This document shows positions 6,295 to 10,955 of a stretch of DNA of 10,955 nt, one piece after another. The stretch comes from Sulfurimonadaceae bacterium (lineage in GTDB: Bacteria; Campylobacterota; Campylobacteria; Campylobacterales; Sulfurimonadaceae). The stretch spans positions 1 to 10,955 of the forward strand of contig JBFESZ010000071.1 in the NCBI GenBank assembly GCA_041548245.1, in the 5' to 3' direction. The notes beneath the pieces were generated by a model that was not told the origin of the DNA, made no database searches, and worked only from the letters and a program-made list of their open reading frames with translations. How positions within the stretch are numbered: position 1 is the first letter of the stretch; each line of letters starts with the position of its first letter. The position numbers and the translations under genes are program-made.

Positions 6295-8709
6295 ATGAGT
6301 CAAAATGAATTAGAGAAACTAAGAGAAGAGAACAGAGTTTTACGTAGTAAGCTCAAGAGCTGTTCTTCCTATGTTGATCGCTTTAATCTGATCATAGACA
6401 ATGCGCATGAGTGGGTTTGGGAAATTGATGCTAATGCCGTCTATACCTATGCTAGCGAACAAGTCAAATCCATACTCGGTTATCATCCCGAAGAACTGAT
6501 TGGAAAGACTCCCTTTGATTTTATGCATAAAGATGAAGCCGTACGGGTGGAAAAGATCTTTAGCAAGATTGCATCTGAAGAAAAGACATTTACAAAACTG
6601 TTTAACAAATGTATTCACAAAGATGGCCATGTCGTCTATACCGAGACAAGCGGCCAGCCGATCTATGACCATAACGGTCAGTTTACCGGCTACCGGGGTA
6701 TAGATTTTAATCGTACAAAAGAGTTCTCAGACAAAAAAAACCTACAAGAACAAAATGCAACGCTCTCCAAGGCTCTGTATGACCAGCATGAACTTCTTCT
6801 AAATGTCACCAACTCAATCTCAGACCTTCTGTTCTACAAGGATACCCAGTACCGCTATACCGGATGTAATCAGGCTTTTAGTGACTTTATCGGTCTGCCT
6901 ATCGACTTTATCATAGGAAAGACCGACTATGAACTTTTCCCTGAAAAGTTTGCCGACCTCTTTAGATCAATGGACAAGCATGTTATTGAGGATCTGGAGA
7001 CGTATTCCAACAATGAATGGGTTGAACATGCTGACGGACGACGATTATACCTTTTGACCCAAAAATCCCCGCTTTTTAATACAAAAGCCTCATTGATAGG
7101 AATGGTAGGTATTGCAAGAGATATGACAAAAGAACATGAACTCGAGGAAAAGCTGAAGATATCCAATGAGCGCCTTCTTACTGCACAGAGTATCGCAAAC
7201 CTTGGCCACTGGACCTGGGATATCAACAACGGAAAACTTTTCTGGTCTGACGAGATCTACAAGATATTTGGTTATACACCCCAGGAGTTTAGCGCGACGT
7301 ATGAAGCTTTTTTAGAGACCATTCATCCCGAAGACAAAGAAATAGTGACCGAGACTGTAAACAAATCTGTAGAGGATCACACGACCTATAATATCTTTCA
7401 TCGCATACTCCTGCCTGACAATACCCAAAAAATTGTCCATGAGATCGGGCATGCCGTTTATGATGATTCAGGCAGAGCGATACAGATGATTGGCACGGTA
7501 CAGGATGTCACAGCCATCAAAACAATTGAAAATGAGTTAGCGGAGCAAAAAGAGGCATTTGAGAGCATATTCGAATACTCTTCCGACGGACTAGCACTTG
7601 TAGAGGATGAAAAGTTTATTGACTGCAATCAGGCCGTTATAAAAATGATGCGTGCATCAAGTAAAGAGGATTTTCTCAACATACATCCAAGCCAGTTCTC
7701 ACCCGAGTTCCAACCTGATGGAGAACGCTCTTATGAAAAAGCTCAAAAAATGATGCAAATATGCCTTGATACAGGGCGGAACCGATTTGAATGGCTGAAT
7801 ACCAGAAAGGATGGTGAAGAGTTTTGGGCTGAGATCTTACTGACGCGCCTGATCATTAAGGACAAGCCGCTCATTCACGTCTCGTGGCGGGATATCTCGG
7901 ATAGAAAGTTCTTGGAAAACACCCTCGAAACCTCCAACTTACAGTATAAAACCCTAGCTGAGAGACTTGACAAAAAAGTGAAAGAACAGTCTGCACAGAT
8001 GATCAAACAGTCTCGTATGGCACAGATGGGCGAACTTCTCAGCATGATAGCACACCAATGGAGGCAACCACTAAGCTCTATTGCAGCCGTTGCGAGTTCC
8101 ATAGATGTCAAACTATCCCTGATGGATGAGGATGCCATAGATGAAGAGAACAGAACATATCTAAAGGCTCAGGTGGAAAACATCGAAATGCTTACCCAGT
8201 CTCTTTCCAACACTATAAACGACTTTAGAACACTTTATAAACCCGACAAGATCATGCAACAAACAGGTATAACCACTCCTATCGAACGCGCTCTTAAACT
8301 GATGCAGCTTTCTTTGGAAAAAGACAACATCAAGGTTGAACGCCTTTACCAAAGTGATACGTCCATTCCAATGCACTCCAATGAGATTATGCAGGTCGTC
8401 TTAAACCTCTTAAAAAATGCGGATGACAATTTTATAGAGAAGTCTGTGCATAATCCGCTTATAACCATTCAAACAAGCGAAGATGAAAACTACCTAAGGA
8501 TCGATTTTTGTGATAATGGTGGCGGGATTGATGAAGCCATTATAGATCAAATCTTTGACCCCTATTTTTCCACAAAAGATGAAAAAAACGGAACGGGACT
8601 GGGGCTGTATATGTCTAAGATCATCATCGAACAGCAACACAAGGGCAACCTAAAGGTAAACAATACAGATCAAGGCGTCTGCTTCAGTATAGAGCTTCCC
8701 AAACAATAA
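6295..8709 (+). CDS. Cytoplasmic multi-PAS sensor histidine kinase (coiled coil, 4x PAS/PAC, HisKA, HATPase_c), 804 aa
   Basis: Four PAS/PAC units at about 6385-6715, 6790-7125, 7170-7510 and 7555-7895, ending GIDFNRT, ARDMT, VQDVT and WRDIS. H-box MIAHQWRQPL (His 8053-8055), N-box NLLKNA, DNGGGI, FDPYFSTK and GTGLGL. No TM segment seen. Start placed at ATG 6295 (GGA RBS, downstream of the -10). Confidence 0.94.
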   Translation: MSQNELEKLREENRVLRSKLKSCSSYVDRFNLIIDNAHEWVWEIDANAVYTYASEQVKSILGYHPEELIGKTPFDFMHKDEAVRVEKIFSKIASEEKTFTKLFNKCIHKDGHVVYTETSGQPIYDHNGQFTGYRGIDFNRTKEFSDKKNLQEQNATLSKALYDQHELLLNVTNSISDLLFYKDTQYRYTGCNQAFSDFIGLPIDFIIGKTDYELFPEKFADLFRSMDKHVIEDLETYSNNEWVEHADGRRLYLLTQKSPLFNTKASLIGMVGIARDMTKEHELEEKLKISNERLLTAQSIANLGHWTWDINNGKLFWSDEIYKIFGYTPQEFSATYEAFLETIHPEDKEIVTETVNKSVEDHTTYNIFHRILLPDNTQKIVHEIGHAVYDDSGRAIQMIGTVQDVTAIKTIENELAEQKEAFESIFEYSSDGLALVEDEKFIDCNQAVIKMMRASSKEDFLNIHPSQFSPEFQPDGERSYEKAQKMMQICLDTGRNRFEWLNTRKDGEEFWAEILLTRLIIKDKPLIHVSWRDISDRKFLENTLETSNLQYKTLAERLDKKVKEQSAQMIKQSRMAQMGELLSMIAHQWRQPLSSIAAVASSIDVKLSLMDEDAIDEENRTYLKAQVENIEMLTQSLSNTINDFRTLYKPDKIMQQTGITTPIERALKLMQLSLEKDNIKVERLYQSDTSIPMHSNEIMQVVLNLLKNADDNFIEKSVHNPLITIQTSEDENYLRIDFCDNGGGIDEAIIDQIFDPYFSTKDEKNGTGLGLYMSKIIIEQQHKGNLKVNNTDQGVCFSIELPKQ

Positions 8710-8728
8710 AATGCCAACATATAAGTGA

Positions 8729-9799
8729 TTACTCTGCTTTTCCCTTCTCATAGATTGATACTACGGTATCAATGTTATCAATAAACAGCCTGCATAAAAC
8801 AGGATCAAAATGTTTTCCGCTCTGCTCATGCAGATATGCCATAGCTTTTTCAAAGGACCAAGCCTCTTTGTAAGGACGTTTAGTGGTCAATGCATCAAAA
8901 ACATCTGCTATTGCTGTTATACGCCCGTAGATATGTATCTCTTCACCCTTTAGAGCATTGGGATAACCGTTTCCGTCATACTTTTCATGATGCGTATGCG
9001 CAATAATCGCCCCGGCTTTAAGAAAAGGATTTTCACTTGATTCGAGTATCTTCATACCAATAGTGGTATGTTCTCTCATGATCTTCATCTCCTCTGTATC
9101 GAGTCTCCCCGGTTTTAGCAGGATCGCATCACTGATACCAACCTTTCCTATATCATGTAAAGGAGAAGCATAAAAGACAATCTCCTGCTCTTGCGGATCA
9201 AGTCCATGTACCTGTGCGAGCAGCTTGGAATAATGTGCCACACGCGAGACATGATTTGCCGTTTCGGGGTCTTTATATTCGGCGGCATTTGATAGTACGC
9301 GCAGTGCCTCTTTTTCACGTTGAATAAGGGTGTGCGTCGCCTTGATGACCTCTTTTTCAAGCTGATGGTTAAAGTCATCGAGAATACGTTGCGACAACTT
9401 CAGTTTGGAGACATTTTTCATGCGGGCACGGTATTCTGTCGCATGGATCGGTTTTTTCAAAAAGTCTATAGCCCCTTCGTTCAACGCCGTCAGTCGGACA
9501 AGATCGTCATCTCCGACTGCTGTGATCATAATAGTCAATAACTCCGGGTTAAGCTTTTGCGCAGCTTTCATCAACTCTATGCCATTCATGCTCGGCATCA
9601 TATAATCCACAAGCAGGATATCGACATGGTTACGAGAAAGATATTCCAAAGCCCTGCTCGGTTCTGTAAAGGTCAGCATGCCCGGATATATATTGGTAGA
9701 GAGTGCCTTGATAAGCTCCAGGTTGAACGCTTCATCATCCACCGCTATCACCTTCAGATGTTGTGTTGTGTTCCCTGCATATCGCAGCTTAGAAGTCAT
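8729..9799 (-). CDS. Response regulator with REC + HD-GYP domains (RpfG-like c-di-GMP phosphodiesterase), 356 aa
   Basis: REC: AVDDE, LLVDYMMP (phospho-Asp), MITA, LKKP. HD-GYP: ETANH, LHDIGK, KPGRL, HT, HHEKYDGNGYP, ADVFDALTTKRPYK. GAGG RBS, and an 11-bp overlap with the upstream gene. Confidence 0.95.
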   Translation of the reverse strand: MTSKLRYAGNTTQHLKVIAVDDEAFNLELIKALSTNIYPGMLTFTEPSRALEYLSRNHVDILLVDYMMPSMNGIELMKAAQKLNPELLTIMITAVGDDDLVRLTALNEGAIDFLKKPIHATEYRARMKNVSKLKLSQRILDDFNHQLEKEVIKATHTLIQREKEALRVLSNAAEYKDPETANHVSRVAHYSKLLAQVHGLDPQEQEIVFYASPLHDIGKVGISDAILLKPGRLDTEEMKIMREHTTIGMKILESSENPFLKAGAIIAHTHHEKYDGNGYPNALKGEEIHIYGRITAIADVFDALTTKRPYKEAWSFEKAMAYLHEQSGKHFDPVLCRLFIDNIDTVVSIYEKGKAE

Positions 9800-10955
9800 C
9801 TTCCTCTCCCTTGTTATAAGCGTTTAGATTATCAAATAAAGTCTGAAGCTGCCTGATGCTTTGCACATAATCGTAAGAGATTCCCCCTCTTGCACTCTTT
9901 TCAATCTCATCAGCCAGATCTGTGATCTTGTACAGGTATAAAGAGCTGCTTGCTCCTTTTAACTTATGCGCCTGTGCAACAAGGTCATCCAACGAACCGC
10001 ATTCTTCTGCTTCATACATCTGCTCAATAATCGAATCTGCACTCATCAGGAACTTTTCAAAGAGGGATTGTATGATCTCAGCCGGCAACTCCAATTGTAC
10101 TGCCGCCTTTTGCAGACTCATACTGATCTCTGTAGCAGATATGCTCAAGACTCCGCTTCTCTTTTCCTCAGGGAAGAGTTCACCCAAGAGTTTCTCAAGA
10201 GCCTCACTGCTGAGAGGTTTGGACATATGTCGATGTATCCCTGCTTCATTAAAGCGTTTAATCTCCTCTTCCAGTACATTGGATGTCAATGCGACAATAG
10301 GGGTATTGTAGTTTTTCTCGGCTTCTTGTAAAATCTTTTTAGTTGCCTCTTCACCATTCATGACCGGCATATTAATATCCATTAATATTAAATCAAAACG
10401 CTCCTCTTTGGCATACTCCAAAGCCTTTTGTCCGTTATCCACGATCAACGATGAAATGGCATATTTCTTCAACATCTCATCGATTAGCATCTGATTGACC
10501 ACATTATCCTCAGCGACCAGAACACGCAGATGACTTCTATCAAGAAAGCTTCCTGTTTCGGGTTCGTTTAAGCGGTTTTGTGCAAATTGGTACAAAATAT
10601 TATAAAGCCGTGTCGAACAGTGATGATAGCAGTTTATCATCTGAAAGTTTGCATGCGGCGACACTGATTGTGCGTCTGCGTCAATACAGATAAGAAGCGT
10701 CTGCTCCTCATTCCACTCTTCGTGCAGTGCCACGGCCTCCTTCTCATCAAAGACAATGATGATATCGCTCTCCTTATTTCTCAGCTTATCAATGGAAAGC
10801 ATGTTCGCCAGTACACCAAACATATCAAGATAGGCTCTCACCTGATCACTGTCTTGCGTGTTTTCAAGCATTTGTATCCGTTCATTGCCCAAAAGATCTG
10901 CAATTCTCTCTTTACTCGCCTTGCATTTTTGAAGCTTCAATACGAAGGAGAACCG
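9789..10955 (-). CDS. C-terminal part of a hybrid (unorthodox) sensor kinase: end of HATPase, degenerate receiver, REC and Hpt; 5' end lies outside the window
   Basis: The frame is open past the track's TTG 10940 to the edge (RFSFVLKL, matching the last beta-strand of HATPase_c, GSxFxFxL). Intact REC: VLVAEDN, ILMDINMPVMNG, ALTS, SKP. Hpt: AHKLKGASSSL. Kinase identity is inferred from the short HATPase remnant. Confidence 0.88.
   Translation of the reverse strand, partial: RFSFVLKLQKCKASKERIADLLGNERIQMLENTQDSDQVRAYLDMFGVLANMLSIDKLRNKESDIIIVFDEKEAVALHEEWNEEQTLLICIDADAQSVSPHANFQMINCYHHCSTRLYNILYQFAQNRLNEPETGSFLDRSHLRVLVAEDNVVNQMLIDEMLKKYAISSLIVDNGQKALEYAKEERFDLILMDINMPVMNGEEATKKILQEAEKNYNTPIVALTSNVLEEEIKRFNEAGIHRHMSKPLSSEALEKLLGELFPEEKRSGVLSISATEISMSLQKAAVQLELPAEIIQSLFEKFLMSADSIIEQMYEAEECGSLDDLVAQAHKLKGASSSLYLYKITDLADEIEKSARGGISYDYVQSIRQLQTLFDNLNAYNKGEEDDF

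Noticed and set aside
6733..6740. A8 homopolymer as a phase-variation tract
   Set aside because: In frame and unremarkable for AT-rich DNA; no long poly-G/C tract of the Campylobacter contingency type was seen in the window.
6385..7895. LOV/blue-light or defined heme PAS assignment; CNQA repeated in PAS2 and PAS4
   Set aside because: No NCRFLQ motif and no confident heme ligand pattern; the N-x-A repeat is the generic PAS signature.
8700..8718. Minus-strand TTGGCA...TTGT as an antisense sigma54 promoter
   Set aside because: It lacks the -12 GC and the spacing is off by one.
5689..10331. Remaining short overlapping ORFs (5689-5946, 6008-6241, 6340-6672, 6500-6703, 6927-7229, 7875-8138, 8161-8376, 9148-9378, 9320-9541, 9405-9605, 9557-9856, 9922-10311, 9966-10331)
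   Set aside because: Shadow ORFs of real genes, with no domain-like content.

Overview
Chromosomal window from a Campylobacterota (epsilonproteobacterial, Sulfurimonas/Sulfuricurvum-like) bacterium. The taxonomy is inferred from the ilvI-ilvH-lpxD and CoA-binding-ilvA gene orders, the HQWRQPL kinase H-box and the TGnTATAAT-type promoters. The left ~6.1 kb is a minus-strand housekeeping cluster: CoA-binding protein, ilvA, short Ppx/GppA, ilvB(ilvI), ilvN(ilvH), lpxD, a 68-aa hypothetical protein, and the first 26 codons of a membrane protein missing from the ORF track. The right ~4.7 kb is a signalling block: a soluble 4-PAS histidine kinase (+) converges on a coupled pair (-) made of a hybrid kinase (HATPase end, pseudo-REC, REC, Hpt; cut by the window edge) and a REC-HD-GYP c-di-GMP phosphodiesterase, an RpfC/RpfG-like architecture. 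I found no RNA genes, CRISPR arrays or mobile elements, and no clearly new system. The best leads are the phosphorelay-to-c-di-GMP module with its orphan PAS kinase, a 9-bp direct repeat bracketing that kinase, the small protein with a possible PC4/PUR-like fold, and a Gly-to-Ser change in the valine-binding loop of IlvN.
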